DNA of 63,990 bases from Octopus bimaculoides. Taxonomy: Eukaryota. The notes beneath the pieces were generated by a model. That model was not told the DNA's origin. It did not search any database and worked only from the letters and a program-made list of their open reading frames with translations. Made by a program: the position numbers and the translations under genes. Positions 14,525 to 28,471 of the stretch are shown here, piece by piece (the stretch's first letter is position 1; the number at the start of each line of letters is the position of its first letter). The DNA is taken from the NCBI RefSeq assembly GCF_001194135.2, contig NC_068981.1, positions 192,179,415 to 192,243,404 on the forward strand. Reading direction: 5' to 3'.

Positions 14525-14735
14525 GTTTCAAGTTTTGGCACAAGGCCAGCAATTTCAGGGGAGAAGGCTAGTTGATTACATTAACCCCAGTACTCAACTG
14601 GTACTTAATTTATTGACCCTGAAAGAATGACAGGCAAAGTCAACGTCAGCAGAATTTGAACTCAGAATATAAAGACGGACGAAGTGCCACTAAGCATTTT
14701 GCCCAGCGTGCTAATGATTCTGCCAGCTCACCATG
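14525..14735 (-). mobile_element. tRNA-derived SINE, family B
   Basis: Near full-length reverse-complement copy. Confidence 0.75.
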
Positions 14736-14954
14736 TTAACAATCCTTGCAAGATTAACATGTAGCTTTAATAACAACCAAATGGTTTATTAGGCAATGTG
14801 TTTTAATCAAAACAATGAGATAACAAAGCAATGGACTTCTATGGAAATATCAAGTTGAGCTGGGTGATTAATAATAGTTGACTAACCAAGATTTAGAATT
14901 GACCAAACTACTTGCAAAAGAATTTGGTAAAGTGACAAAAGCTACTGATATAAA

Positions 14955-15001
<47 letters not shown>

Positions 15002-15309
15002 GTCATTTCAGAAAGAATGATGAGAAATTAATAATTACAAATTCACTGGTCTTGATAAAGAAATAAATGTTTACTCAAGAAAAAAGATTTGCTTTTGAAG
15101 AAATCTTTACACAATTCTCCCCAGGTAATGTTATATTCCTCCAATTGATTAATTTTATATATTCATTGCAATAAACTTTCCCCTTCCACTAAAACTCTTA
15201 TCTTTTCTAAGCAAGCTTTGCTAAAATCAATCTTTCCTGGGGTTTTTATTTTTATTATTTTTGTAATAACAAAGAAGGAAAATAAATTTATTCCAGAAAG
15301 TCAGTTCTA

Positions 15310-16140
15310 CAATTATCTGTGAACAATGTGGTATTGTGGCTTTCATATCAGACTATGTCAAAACACCATGGCTAGAAAATGGTGCGAAAATTTATAGAAC
15401 AATTGAAGTTACTATAAGTAATTACTGAAAGAATCGGTAAAGACAGAAAATGTAGATATACTTGGTAAACAGAAGGAATTAAGAGAGTTTCCTGTATTAT
15501 GGAGGTTAATCACAACCATTCTTCATAAGTGAGTTCGACTTGGTAACATGTACCGAGTTTTTGCTGATTGTTTTAGGTACTTATATAAAGATGATGAGAC
15601 AGACACTCTTTTAGGCTTCCCATGCTTGACCAGTGGAATATCAAGGATGTAACAGCTGGAAGGAAAGTGAGCTGCACCAGCCCTGGGCTGGAACTCATTT
15701 CCATTGAGAAAAACTAGAACATGCAATAAAGTATCATATTCAAAAGTAAGTTGACCATCCAAAGAACTGAACCCACAACTTATGGCTGTGACATTTTTTA
15801 TAAATAAGAGTGAGTTTATCTAGTTGCAGGATAGCAGAACCGTTTTGAGCACTTCAAATAAAATGGGTCTCCTAGTTCACACAGATCTTATAGCTCCAGA
15901 TTTGATTCCATTGCTAGACACATTTGGCAAGTTCTTCTACCAGAACTTTGGTTCAAGCTAAGCTTTGAGAATGAAACTAAATAGATAGAAACTGTAAGGA
16001 AACTTGATGAACCTTATTTGAAAAGTGGTGCTATCTGTTTGCCCCATCACTTTGTAGTTCAACATAGAGATAGTACAAGTGGCAGACTAAAGTATCGGAA
16101 TCAATATGTTCAATGAAACATTATTCCAAGCTGCTGTCCA
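15310..16140 (+). mobile_element. Highly decayed mariner transposase remnant
   Basis: ARKWCE (mariner HTH region ARKWFxKF) near 15380; tatagctccagatttgattcca resembles YSPDLAP near 15890. Confidence 0.4.
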
Positions 16141-17144
16141 CTGACTAAAAGAATAGCAAGAACCAAAAGCACTGGTTCTTTTGCAATAAACTTTACCCTT
16201 CCACTAAAACTCTTATCTTTAGTGAAAGAGATGAGTTATAATTTGTTGGATGTTCAGTGTGAACAACTGGTAGGAGTTCAACATAAAATTGAGACAGTAG
16301 TTTTTTATCAAAACTGATATAGCAACCCAACAAAGGTGCCTCAACATGCTAGAAATAGCAGCTGAACCCTACTTAAATCACATTGTACAATCTTTAAACA
16401 AAGAAGAAAAAAAGGACAATGGGCAATGCGACCCTTGATATACTCTGCCTGAAAATAAGATAGTTTGTTCAGAGCTGGGCTGTCTTCAATCATAGTCTGC
16501 TCAATGCTCCCTCTTCTTAGACTGAAGGAAATTTTTACTTCTAGCACTTATGACTGAACTCACTAAATTGTATTGATTATTGATTTCACTATTCAAAAGA
16601 AAGATTGTTTTAATCAATAATTAGTTTGGTGTAGTTTTTCTTACTTTTTCTAAGCAGTATTTCTAAAACAAAATTCTCATGTTTATAGAATATACAACTT
16701 TAGAAATAATACTATATATATTATTTAATGAGCACAAGTCCTATACATGAGCTAAGCTATTTCAGGTTTCATGCTCAGTACAACACATACACATATATGC
16801 ACACTGTAGTTGAAAAGTTAAGTTGACTTTGCAACCACAAGGTCTCAGGTTCAATCCCATTGTGTAGCATCTTGGGATAATGTCATTTTCTAAACCCTTG
16901 GGACAATCCACACCTGAGAATGAACTCAAGTAAATGAAAATTATATAGAAGACCACTGGATGGATTAGATTTGTAATCCAAGAAGTACAGCCATGTCACA
17001 CTGATACTAACCATGAAATTACATTAAAGGTACATGTATCTGTGGAATGCACAGCCTACACAATTAAATGAGCAGATAATTTAGCTTATAAAACAACTGA
17101 ATCTTCATCATTGAAACTGACTGAAATACACACACACACACACG

Positions 17145-18200
17145 TATGTGTTGGGGGCTGAAATTCATTGCAGGCTTTCAGTACAATATAGGGACAGAAC
17201 TCTACTGCATAGATGTATGAGGGGATCAAGAAATTTAAAAATGGCCAGACAAATGTGAAGCACAAAGGGGGAGCAGAATGCCCAACTTCCACCACTAATG
17301 TGAAGAGTCAACAAGCTCAAGAGATGGTTCTGATGAACTGACAAGTGACTATCAAAGAGGTGGCATGTTCTCTGCAAATTAGTCATGGTTCTGCATATGA
17401 AATCATCCACAACAAGCCTCAATCCATAAAGCCTGTGTCAGATTGGTGCAAAGAGAGCTTACCAAAACACACAAGAGCAATTGTGTGGGGATCTGTCAAC
17501 ACTTACTTGACCACAACAATGATGATGGTGAAGTTTTTTTGGCGAGAATAATCAGAAGAGCTGAGACCTGGGTCCATTGCTTTGAGCCAGAATTCAAAAG
17601 GCAGAGTATAGAGTGGAAATTCCAAAATCGTTAGCAAAAAAGAAATTCAAGACTCAAACTTGCACAGAAAAAGTGATGCTAACATTTTTTTGGACACAAA
17701 AGGGCCTATACTGGAACATTACCTGGAAAAGTGGTCAACAATAACCAGTGTAGGATACAGTGAAATGCTAACCAACAAACTGAAACCAGCAATTCGTACC
17801 AAATGCTGAAGTCTATTGTCAAAGCAAATGTTACTGTCGCACAACAATGCATTCCCACATTTAGCCACCCACAGGGTTGAGACTATTTAAAAATTGGATT
17901 TCAAGTTGCTGGAACACCCTGTCCAGATCTCTCCCCTTCTATCACCTCTTCAGACCACTCAAGCATCCTTTACAAGTTTGATTTGCTACAGATGATGAAG
18001 CACAGGCAACAATGCATAAATGGCTGCATGATCAGCTGCAAACCTTCTTTTCTGATGGAATAAATAAGCTTGTTGACCACTGGAAGAAATGCATTCAAAA
18101 GCAAGGAGACTATGCCAGAAAATGATGTAAATGTTCCACCCCTGCTTTTGTTTTAATAAACTAAAGAAACAAGAGTGCGTACCATTTTTTTCGTCTCTCA
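17145..18200 (+). mobile_element. Mariner (Tc1/mariner) transposon remnant with frameshifted transposase
   Basis: Frames give IKKFKNGQTNV, VTIKEVACSLQISHGSAYEIIHNK, ETWVHCFEPEFKRQSIEWK and a KKVML-like segment, all typical of mariner transposases. Confidence 0.85.
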
Positions 18201-19856
18201 CACACACACAAACCTGAAGCATAAAATAAGCAATCTAAAGCAATGGCAAAGTATTTAACTGACCACAAGGACGAACATACTCTCAACAATTTACGCATGA
18301 AATTGTTTTTAGAGCATATAATATTACTGAAGAATACACAAATTATATAGAATAACCTGACTGCTATCACAACGGATATTGCCAACTCATATTACATAAC
18401 AAAAATGTCATATGACAATACTTAGGGCTAATACAGTTACCTGTTAGTTACTACATTGCTTGATTTGCTTGCAACATTTAACAGTTGCACTCAAAATGCC
18501 CTAATGTGATGGAGGATATTCAGTGTTCCTTCGGAAACTAAAAACCAGACAAGGTTATATAACACCACTAGATTGGATTCATTCAGTCTGTTGTTTTATT
18601 TTAATACTGTCCCTATGAATTTGAAACTATGCTGCCATGCCATTCTGTAATGAATTATGGATAACGTGAATAAGATACAACTTAACGACAAGTTTAGCTG
18701 TTATGTCTTAATGTTACTAATAGTTAGCATCTCACGCAACTAAGTTTTATGACATTAGTTAATTAGGAGGTAAATTACCTGCTCCCCCTCTCCCTCCTAG
18801 TACCAGGACTGGTGAGCTCCAATGTGTGTTTATGGCAAATCAATTGCAACTAGATAAACAGTTATATTAGACTAATTGTCTTGCCACAAGCTTTCATACA
18901 GTTATTCTTACCACGAACAAGATCTAGAGAACATATTTAAGTCATTTAGCAGAAGAAGCAGAATTCAATCCATAGAAACACTGCTCACATCTTACACTGG
19001 CAGTCTGTATAGGTTACAAATATATTGACATTGGTATTAGTTATTGGTATATTTTTGAAAGAGGTCACAGTTTAAATCTACTTGGTGCACAATGACATTC
19101 CTTGATTCAGTGCATGTTGTTTAGCCCAGTTCATGTGTGTGTGTGTATGCATTTATGAATATATGTGGGTATGTACATGCATGTGTACATATGAGCATGT
19201 CTATACAGTTTTACATTCATATTTGTGTGTGTGTGTGTGTGTGCATATACATACACAGTTTTACAACCATTCTTCCATGCCAGCATGGGTTAAACAAATA
19301 CACATTATCTAGGCATTGTTTTACAACTGAGTGCCCTTCCTATCACTAACCTTTGCCTGTTCTTCAAGTAAGGGATATCTTATTCCACATTTTTGAAAGC
19401 ACAATACCAATGGGCAACCTGTTGACAAGGGAAATAAATGGACTTTTTTCAGTTTCCATCTCCCAAATCCACTCACAAGATTTTGGTTGACTAAGCGCTA
19501 CAGTAGAAGATTATAGGGTCCACACAGTGTGACTGAACTTGTACTTAACCACATAGCTATGCCTGCACATTTTTATTATTTGAATAGAAAATCAAAAATA
19601 AAACAAAATAACATTTTAGAACAGAGAATGATAGTTTATCTCAGCTAGTTTTTAAACTCTTGAAACCAACCAACCAAGTCTGGTTTTGGGATACAAGCTT
19701 CCCATTTGAAAGAGATCTGAATTTGAACCTTATAGCAAAATTTTATGTCAATTCATATTCCAAACAAGATTTAATAAAGTTATTTTACTAAATTCTTCAT
19801 TATATTTCAAAATTAACTGAAATGGAAGCAGAAATATGGTAACAAATGGATTAAAC

Positions 19857-20121
19857 CAGTGGTTCTCAACCAGTTTTTGCCCTTTGATTCCTATGTTACT
19901 TAGATGGACCCACATAACCATTTGATATTTAAAAATTCTTATATTTTTATAAATATTAGGAATTGCATAAAAATATTGTCAAAATATTTTAATGTACTGA
20001 CCCTTGATGGCCCAGATAAGATTTAGCTGTTAAAAATTATATGCAATAAATTGATAACTTTTAACAACTAAATCTTATATGAAACCCAAAGGATCATATG
20101 GACCCTGGTTGAGAACCATTT
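19857..20121. mobile_element. hAT-type MITE
   Basis: TIR CAGTGGTTCTCAACC / GGTTGAGAACCATTT; 8 bp TSD gattaaac / ggttaaac (7/8 match). Confidence 0.8.
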
Positions 20122-20994
20122 GGTTAAACAATAAGTGTAACTAAGGAATGCCAACGTAAGCAAACAACAGCAATGAAATATTTCAATTCTCACCCTACAA
20201 CGTTTACATTGAACAAATTACGAGGGAAAAAAAAAAACCTGTAACTACATTGATAATGCAAATAAGTTTGGATTATTTACATACCAGGTCATGCCTTATA
20301 ATATACTAGCCAATAACTTGGTGAGATAATGATAATAACTTAAACATTTAAATATATTGATTTGGAGAAATATTGATAAGTCCAATATATATTAGGTCTA
20401 AATCATTTATAATATGACTTTGGAGAGGGGGTGCAATCTTTTATTCCCTTCCAGTTTACACCTAATTCTTCTGGAAAGAAGATGAAAATTTAACTCATAT
20501 ATTGATGTCAAAATTAGGAGAAAGAAGGGTATCTATCAGGGAAAGCAAAGTCATTTGATAAAAAGAGCAACATATATTTGTTTGTACAGTCAAGAGCCAC
20601 AACATTTATTTAAATCATATTAATAAATAAAATATACAGCTACATAATTTTATGCACTAAAGAATATTGATTAATCTCTTCTAGTGGAAGGCTTTTATTG
20701 AGTTATCGAGTCTTTATAATTTTATAGTTAATACTTTAAGATCCAGCTGGTAGAATGTTCAAGCTATTTTAAGCAAAAGCCCTGGAACCCACATTTATAC
20801 AACTCACATTATCACCTATTTAACTATTCCTCCCTTTTTCTTAACCCTGTCACAAATCCTTTGCATCTCCTGTTACCAATTATACTCCTTCCATCCTCTC
20901 CTCTTACCACCCCTCAACATTCTTTAGAATCACATATTCTCTCATGCGTTCTCCCTTGTTAAAGCAGCCACTTTAAGACACTTAGTCTTGCATG

Positions 20995-21200
20995 TTATGA
21001 GGCAATCATCACTAATGCTGGTGCAAGGGGGGAGAAAGCACCCAGCACACACACACACTGAAGTGATTGTCATTAGAAAGAGCATCCTTCAGCCACAGAA
21101 ACCATGCCAAGGTAGACAGAGGAGCACAACAAAGTCTTCTGACACATCAGACCATGTCGAACCATGCCAGCATGGAAGCCAGATGTTGAATGATGATGAG
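20995..21200 (+). mobile_element. RTE-LINE/SINE 3' tail
   Basis: aaagcacccagcaca...agcatccttcagcc...ccatgccagcatggaagccagatgttgaatgatgatg. Confidence 0.65.
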
Positions 21201-24200
21201 TTACACATAATAGCCCTAAGAGCTGTGACCACCACCACTGGTGGAGGACATCAACCTCAACATTTGACTGGTGCTTAATTCTAATGACCGCCCTCCCTCC
21301 AATATCAATAAAAATCAAAATGCAAAGAGAGCCAGCATTGCAGTATTGTCCCTGGGTTAATTAGGAACTTCAAGAAGCATGTTATTTACATCAGTTTTAT
21401 AGTAACCTTAACCTTTCCCTTCACAGAAGTATACTTCTACATGTTTTAGGTCAATTTCAGGATTATTTTTATTCAGTTTCTTCTTCTTTCTCTTTCTCAA
21501 CATCCTGTTATAAATTAATGGGTGATTTCCCATTAGTCATTATAGCACACAGGGTAACACTTTACGATTATTATTCTACAGCAAAGTTGGATACTTTCAT
21601 CAGTACCTAATACTCATAGTCCTCTTCACTAACATCCATTATTTCAACAGTAAATTTGGCTTCGTAACTTTTAACATTGATTATCAGACAAAGAGGAGTG
21701 TTTTCTGTCATACAGTGGTTGTGAGTTTATTGATTTCATGTGTGTGTGTGTGTGTGTAGAAGAGAAAGAATGGAGTGTAAGATTTATCTTACATGTATGT
21801 ATACATGTATTGCTTAAGCATTGCAATAAAAAGCTGGTATAAACTCAATATACATACACCTCTGACTGAAGCGTTACTCAAGTATGGAGCAGTAATAAGA
21901 AAAGAAATGTAATTGTAATCGTTTAAATGTTGAGAGAAGGTTAAAATGACTTGGAAAAAGTTCATCTGAACAAAACAAGTTTTAAGAACTGTAAACAAGA
22001 AGAAAAAAAAGAAAAAAAAAATTGTTTTGCATGGTTCATCTGGTCGATACCTGCAAGGGAAACAATACAAGAATTCATTCAGAGATTTAAATCTTCAGTA
22101 CTGATATGCGTGACTAAACAATTTAGATGTAATGCTGTTGTTAATGAGATTAAAGTAGAACAAGACTTCAATGAGAGACAGAAGAGGGAGGCTAGGATAG
22201 ATTTTATCAGGGACTATTAAAGATATAGCTAATTAGAAAACCTATGTTAACCGAAGTGAAGAACAGCAACAGGGAAACATGTGCAGACCAAATTTCCATT
22301 GGAGAGAGAGAGAGGGGTGGTACTATGTCTGTGAACACATGAAACAATTGGAGAGGAAGGTAGGGAATGAAGAATATATATACATATATTCGGAAAGGTT
22401 GGATGAAGGGTGTATGTTATAGAATGCCGGTTGACAAGAGGAAAAGTGACTAGGCTAAGCGAAGCTAGCGAGCAAGCTTTAAGAGGGGAGGATGAAATAA
22501 CCATACATCATCAACTGTTTAACGCGAGGAAGAGGAAAGAAGCAAAGAAAAGAGAGCATTAAAAGAAAAATTCTGAAACTGATGCAGTGGAATAGATGAA
22601 GCAATGAGTAAAACTGCAACATTTAAATCAACCAGCCTCTCAAGCTGAGTAAGCTAACTACACACACACACACAATACATACATACATACATAGATATGT
22701 GTGTGAGTGTGTGTATACACACACACCGGCCGGTGAAGACATGTCTGGAGAAGAGAGAGAGAGCATTCATAACAGCAAAATACATGACACATTTTGATCT
22801 AATTCATTTTTGTTTTTGTCGCAGACTGCAGGCCTGCAGGTTTATTTGAGAAAATATTTTTTTTAAATCAGGTTTTTAATGTATAAAGAATGTAATGAAA
22901 AATAATAAACAATTGTGTAAACCTTTCAATATTGGTGTTATAGAAATATGTTGCCTGCAGAGGTTAGTTATTGAGACAGCAGTAGTAACAAGTGTAGATT
23001 TAGAGATAAGGAAGTTCTAAAGAGGAAAGAAGGCTTTGTGTTCGCCCATCGCCATAGTATGTAAGGTTTTAAACAAATTCCTTCTTTTTTTTCTTTCTTT
23101 CTTTTTTTTTTTGCGGGCTTCCCATGTTGGAAATTTAAAACTACATTGGAAATGTCAAGTTACTAAAATCTTTGAGCTTCAACAATTTCAATGTATCCGA
23201 CTTTTGATGCAATAATTGTTCAACCCTTTACAAAAGTAAATAAGTAGAAGCGCTCTTATCTCTCTCTCACATAAAATATTGTATATGTGAGAGTGAGAAG
23301 CATTCAACTAAGAAAACATTGCATTTGATAGCAGAAACAGCTGTGAGCTAATGAAGTTCATTCTAATTTCTTATTCCTTTTTTTTTTATTCATAGTAATT
23401 TCTTTTATATATTTATAAGAGACAAAACACAGCTATTTTCTTGCCATTTAGCTTTCGAAATTAACCATTTTAGATTAGACTATTTGGTTTTTAAAACGTC
23501 CAGAGACATTTTAAAATTTGCGAAATAGATAACAATAACAGATAATGGTTCAATTTGTTGTTTTGAAAGTTAGGAAAACTGGAGAAAGCGTTTACAAGTG
23601 TTTGAATGCCACATGTAGCGATGAGCGCTGCCATCTTTATTGTAATTGGTAACATCGAGTGGTTTAATAATAGGGTAAGGAGGAGACGAAGGAACTGGGG
23701 GCTGGGAAAGAACACAGCAGAATTTCTATGATTTCGGCACATCATACATTAAGAGGATGATTCAATAGAATTCAGGCAACAGATTCACCGACAGAATTCC
23801 AAAGGAAACTTAAAATTATAGGCGTGTGTGTGTGTGTGTGTGTTGGTATTTTGTATACGCATGGCTGATGTGATTCATCCAATTTTATGTTGAACAGACA
23901 ACAGAAATGTCAGCTCTACACGTTATGAAGAAAGGTGAGCAATGAATACTTTTTACAAACAAACATAGTCGTGAAAAACCAACAGAAAATAAACATACAA
24001 CACAGGGGAAACCTGAAGCAGAGAGAGAGGGAGCACGTATGCAAAACACTGTCATGTACCTAGACAACCCAGACACAAAATAATGTTCTGCGTGTGTGTG
24101 TGTCAGCTGTAGCAGTGTGCCGCGTCAACAGTTCTTCACATAACGCAAAGACAATTCGGGAATCTTTTATGTAAAACGAAATGAAGAACTGAAACTATTG

Positions 24201-26416
24201 TAGAAAAGCAACAGTTTGAGAAATTCCACCTGCTTAGCATTCAGATCTTACAAACAGTGTGTGTGCGCGCGAGCGTATGGGTGTACATGAGTACATACAT
24301 ACATGTGTGTGTGTGTGTGTAAAGTTGTCAAATCTTTATGTAAACAACGATCACTATTACAAGAGAGAGGCCACATCGAAACGAAATGCTACATTTGCTA
24401 AATTCACAAATAAATAGAGGTTTTTACACGAGTGACTGAGATCAATTAAACTGAGTTAATTGCCGTTTTAGTGTATATTTTATAGATACAAAACAGCAAC
24501 ACACCTTAGAGGGGGGATTCCACGCGTATTTTGTAAATAATATTCTATGAGCCGATTAGGTAACTAACCTCTCATCATTAAGACTGATTGAACTAAATTA
24601 CCAAATTATATTTTCTAAACAAAACAATACTTAATTTTTTGAAACATTCGGGTATTCCGTTATGTCGTTTCTCTGCTGTTCTTTGTTTTATAAGGGGAGT
24701 GTTGTTTAGTGAATATTCGACAAGTTTATTCGAATATGTGTATGTGTATGGCGAGAGACAGACAGACGAAACAATAATTATCAGCTACATAATATATTTA
24801 GGATTATTCTTTACCTTTCGGTCCTTTGTTACAGAACATTCAAGATATACATTCATTGATATGAAGGATAGATAGGTCAAAGGGGAAAATATGCCAGCAC
24901 ATGGCAGATGCACAATAAACACACGTGTAACATCAGTATTATAAGGGGTAAAAATAATAAATCCAGAAAACATTCAGTTTTGATGAACTCTATAGCTCGA
25001 AACTATTTTCTTCACTAAATAAACGACACTTCACAATTAAATGTTGAAATATGATTTATTAATAAACCATAAGAGATGGGAACTTTAAATCGCTTAAGCA
25101 CAGAAACATGAAACTATTTTGGTTTACTTTTTTTCTTTATAAACAGAGACAACTTCAACGTATTTACATGAAATGGCAAGAAAACAGAAGGAAAGGTTAA
25201 TGTTTCAAAATAAATGTTTGCTCCGGGTTAGCTTTGACTAAGAAAACACTAATCATGAGGTATTCCAACCATGACCATTCTAACGATGTAAAACGGTAGG
25301 GTGTGGTTTGTGGGTGGAGGAGTGCAGTTCGGTAGAGCGGCCACACCGATGTTCAACCAGTGTTATCAACAAGAGGTACTTTCTGGGGACGAAACTCGGA
25401 AAGTCCAACACATCAGACCAAGAGCAAACAAACAAAAAAAAATAGCTAAATTGAAAAACTGCCAATTTTAATCGATATATACACCAGCAACGATAGCATA
25501 ATTAACAAAGAGTATATATATACAGTACGATGTAGAGGATGAATATTATTACTTTCCTATGAGTAAGTTTCGTGCGAAACGGATGGATGTGAAATCGAAT
25601 GAAGCTAAAAAGTACTAATATTCAACTATATAATATATTCATTCCATCCTCTATAAAACGTATTGAGTACTCTCGTATTTGTTAGTGAAACCAGATAGAT
25701 AGATAGATAGACATAGACGCACACGTACACTCACTGAAGTAGACATAGAAATGCTCACATTGACTGGAAGCAAACATTAAATACAATAAGAATGTGAAAC
25801 CCAGCAAATATGTTACACTTGAGTCACTCGGCATTCATAAGGATGAGGTGAGAAGCTGACTGAAAGGGGTGGATGGAAATTATCGATCTGGGAGCAGGCG
25901 GGCTGCACGAAAGAAGAAAAAATGATTAAGCAAGTTTGTAACGAGCATGTTGAGTAAGAAATCACCCTGACCCTTACATTATTGACGAATATGAAAGAGA
26001 ATTTGGGCGTGCAATGTGTTTTTTGGTGATCCTTGTTGCTTAGAAAATTCCTTAAAAGTGAATTTGTGAAGGCTAAATCAGAGATGACACTCATATAGAC
26101 ACACCGTATGCATAGATGTCTTACTACCAACCACCACCACACAATTTGTATACTATGAAGACGGGTAGTGGGTTGTGAATGGAATGCAGCGTGAAATCGA
26201 ACTTCTATATCTTCTCAGTTACAATTGCAACACTCTGCACTAACGTTCAGAGAGAAATAGCTATCAACCGGGATTAATTTTAATAGGAAACCGCCACATC
26301 TCCACCATGATGTTGGAAGGAGGTGAAAGAAAAAATTACCAGGAAAGTGTGATTTAAGCCCTTTAGAATAATTAATGCACAATAACCTGATCGTGGTGTT
26401 TATTGTAATTACTTAC

Positions 26417-26512
26417 CTGGGCAACAAGAGGCACCAGAGTGTGTTCCACCGACTTGGTGCGTATCTCCAAAGGCAGCTTAGATTCCGACTTCGGCTGCGC
26501 AAGACCAGCCAT
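26417..26512 (-). CDS. CTNNAL1: First coding exon of an alpha-catulin-like (vinculin/alpha-catenin family) gene, MAGLAQPKSESKLPLEIRTKSVEHTLVPLVAQ
   Basis: ATG in caacaaaATGGC context at 26512; 96 nt ending at a canonical CAG|GTAAGT phase-0 donor. LEIRTKSVEHTLVPLVAQ matches the family N-terminal helix. TLVPLV (not TLEPLV) and the absence of KWDPKN favour alpha-catulin over alpha-catenin. Confidence 0.82.
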
Positions 26513-27140
26513 TTTGTTGTGCTGCTGCCTGGCTCCAACGGTGGAGGGAGGCGACGGCGGCGAGGATACGGCTAGAGGGAGGGAGAAAGAAGGATAAAGA
26601 AAAAATGAAGATAGGCAGGGAGAAGCAGGAAGAATATATATAATGACACGAGGGGGGGAAGAGAGAGAGCGGTGATAAGGTAGCAATAAAAGAAGAAGAC
26701 ACACAGGAGAGGGAGAGAGAATGGGGGAGGAGAAAGAACAGATAAAGTCACAGAGAGAAGGAGGAGAAAGAATGAACATGTAATCAGAGAAAGAGAGAGC
26801 GTGGAGAGGAGGAGAAAAAAAAGAAGAACAGATGAAGTCACAGAGAAAGAGAGAAATGTAGTAAAAGAATTGGAAAGGAAGTTGAAAGAGAAATTGAAAG
26901 GAAAGAACGAAGCGGGAATAGCGAGACGATGAAAGAGGAAGACAGGAAGAGAAATAAAAAGGAATTGGAAGCAGAGAGAGAGAGAGAGAGTGAAAGAGAG
27001 TGAGGAAATAAGTCATTGGATGAAGAGATAGAAAAAGAGTGAAAGAGTAGAGAATGAATGAGTGGGGTTAGAAAGGGTAAAGGTTGAATAAAGTAAAGGA
27101 AGCGGCGAATGAGATTTAGAATGAAATCAAATCGATTCAA
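26513..27140 (-). promoter_or_regulatory. Probable 5' leader/proximal promoter of the catulin-like gene (GC/CpG-rich then CT-rich on the sense strand)
   Basis: CpG-rich segment directly upstream of the ATG, then ~550 nt of polypyrimidine sequence on the minus strand. TSS cannot be determined from sequence. Confidence 0.5.
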
Positions 27141-27172
27141 ATCTTGTTTTTATTATTATTTTACATGATATA

Positions 27173-27221
<49 letters not shown>

Positions 27222-27667
27222 ATATATATGTGTGTGTATATATATATATAATGGAGAGAGAGGATTATTTATTGTAAATAAGGATAGAGAGAAGTTAACG
27301 AATAAATGAGAGATTGCAGGAGCATCGTAGTTAGTAGTAGTAAAACAACGAATGACAATGTAGAGTTCTGATCACTTTACACACGAAAGCTCAAGCTCTC
27401 TCTCTTTCTCTCTCTCTCTCTCTCACCTCTTCGTCAAATCTCACTCTTTTCAAATACTTTTGCTTCTTGCGCTCTCGTTTATCGTTTTACCTTTAAATTT
27501 CTCTCACTTTCAAACCTCTCTCTCTCTCTCTCTTCTTAATTTTAGACCTTTTTTCTCCGGTTCTCCCTACTTTTTCAGGTTATTTTTTGCTCTTCTCTCC
27601 CCATTTTATTCGATTTACTTTTTATTCTTCTTTCTAAATTTTTCTGTTTTCCTCTTCTTACCGTGTT

Positions 27668-27706
<39 letters not shown>

Positions 27707-28414
27707 CTCAGTTTGTATTAAGCTCTTTCTGTGCGTGTGAAAGTGTGTGTGAGTAATTTGTACACCGTTGTTCCGCCCTCACTTTTTCTTCCTCTCTCAT
27801 TCACTCCTTATACAATAACACTTCACACACATGGAAGGTGCAACAGACACCTGAGGTGTAACGAGAGATAAAGTGCATAAATGCAACCAAAGGCCCCTTA
27901 CTGCAAGTGAAATATAGAATGCTGCGCGTCATTTTGTCGTTAGTTGACAACGTTTAACGCTCTCAAACAGCAACAGCACATTGCATCTGATGTCCCTGTT
28001 GTTTGCTCTCAGTTGCAAGTGTTCTCGTTGACACAGCAGCTGCAATAAAACTTGCAACGGTAATAAAGCACGTTCACATTTCATACAAACCGACTCTTCT
28101 TGCTGGTAGATTCAAACTATAAATTTCATGATTCAGTTGGTTTTAAAGAAGGGAAAACTCTTAAAAGTAATCTCTACACAAATATTCTCTAACAAATATT
28201 TTATCTTGACTTCTCCCAGCCTCCCCCTCTCTCGCTCTCTCTCTCTTATACACACACACACATGTGCTCTCCCCCCTCCCTCTCTCTCTCTCTCTTTCAC
28301 GCACGTTCACGCTCTCACACTTTTTACACATACCAATACATGCATAACTTTATACAAATGTATGTAAACATATGTGCGTGTATATAAATTTACGTATATC
28401 CATGTACACGGGGA

Positions 28415-28471
<57 letters not shown>

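Noticed and set aside
22030-22075. Strong minus-strand acceptor tttcccttgcag|GTATCGACC reading VST, like catulin exon 2
   Set aside because: An in-frame TGA follows two codons later, and no TLVN/GQAV motif appears in any frame.
25315-25365. tRNA-like gcagttcggtagagcg...gttcaacc
   Set aside because: No acceptor stem or anticodon arm can be formed.
26372-27016. 214 aa ORF extending upstream of the catulin ATG
   Set aside because: The upstream part is a low-complexity translation of the CT-rich leader; family homology starts only after the ATG at 26512.
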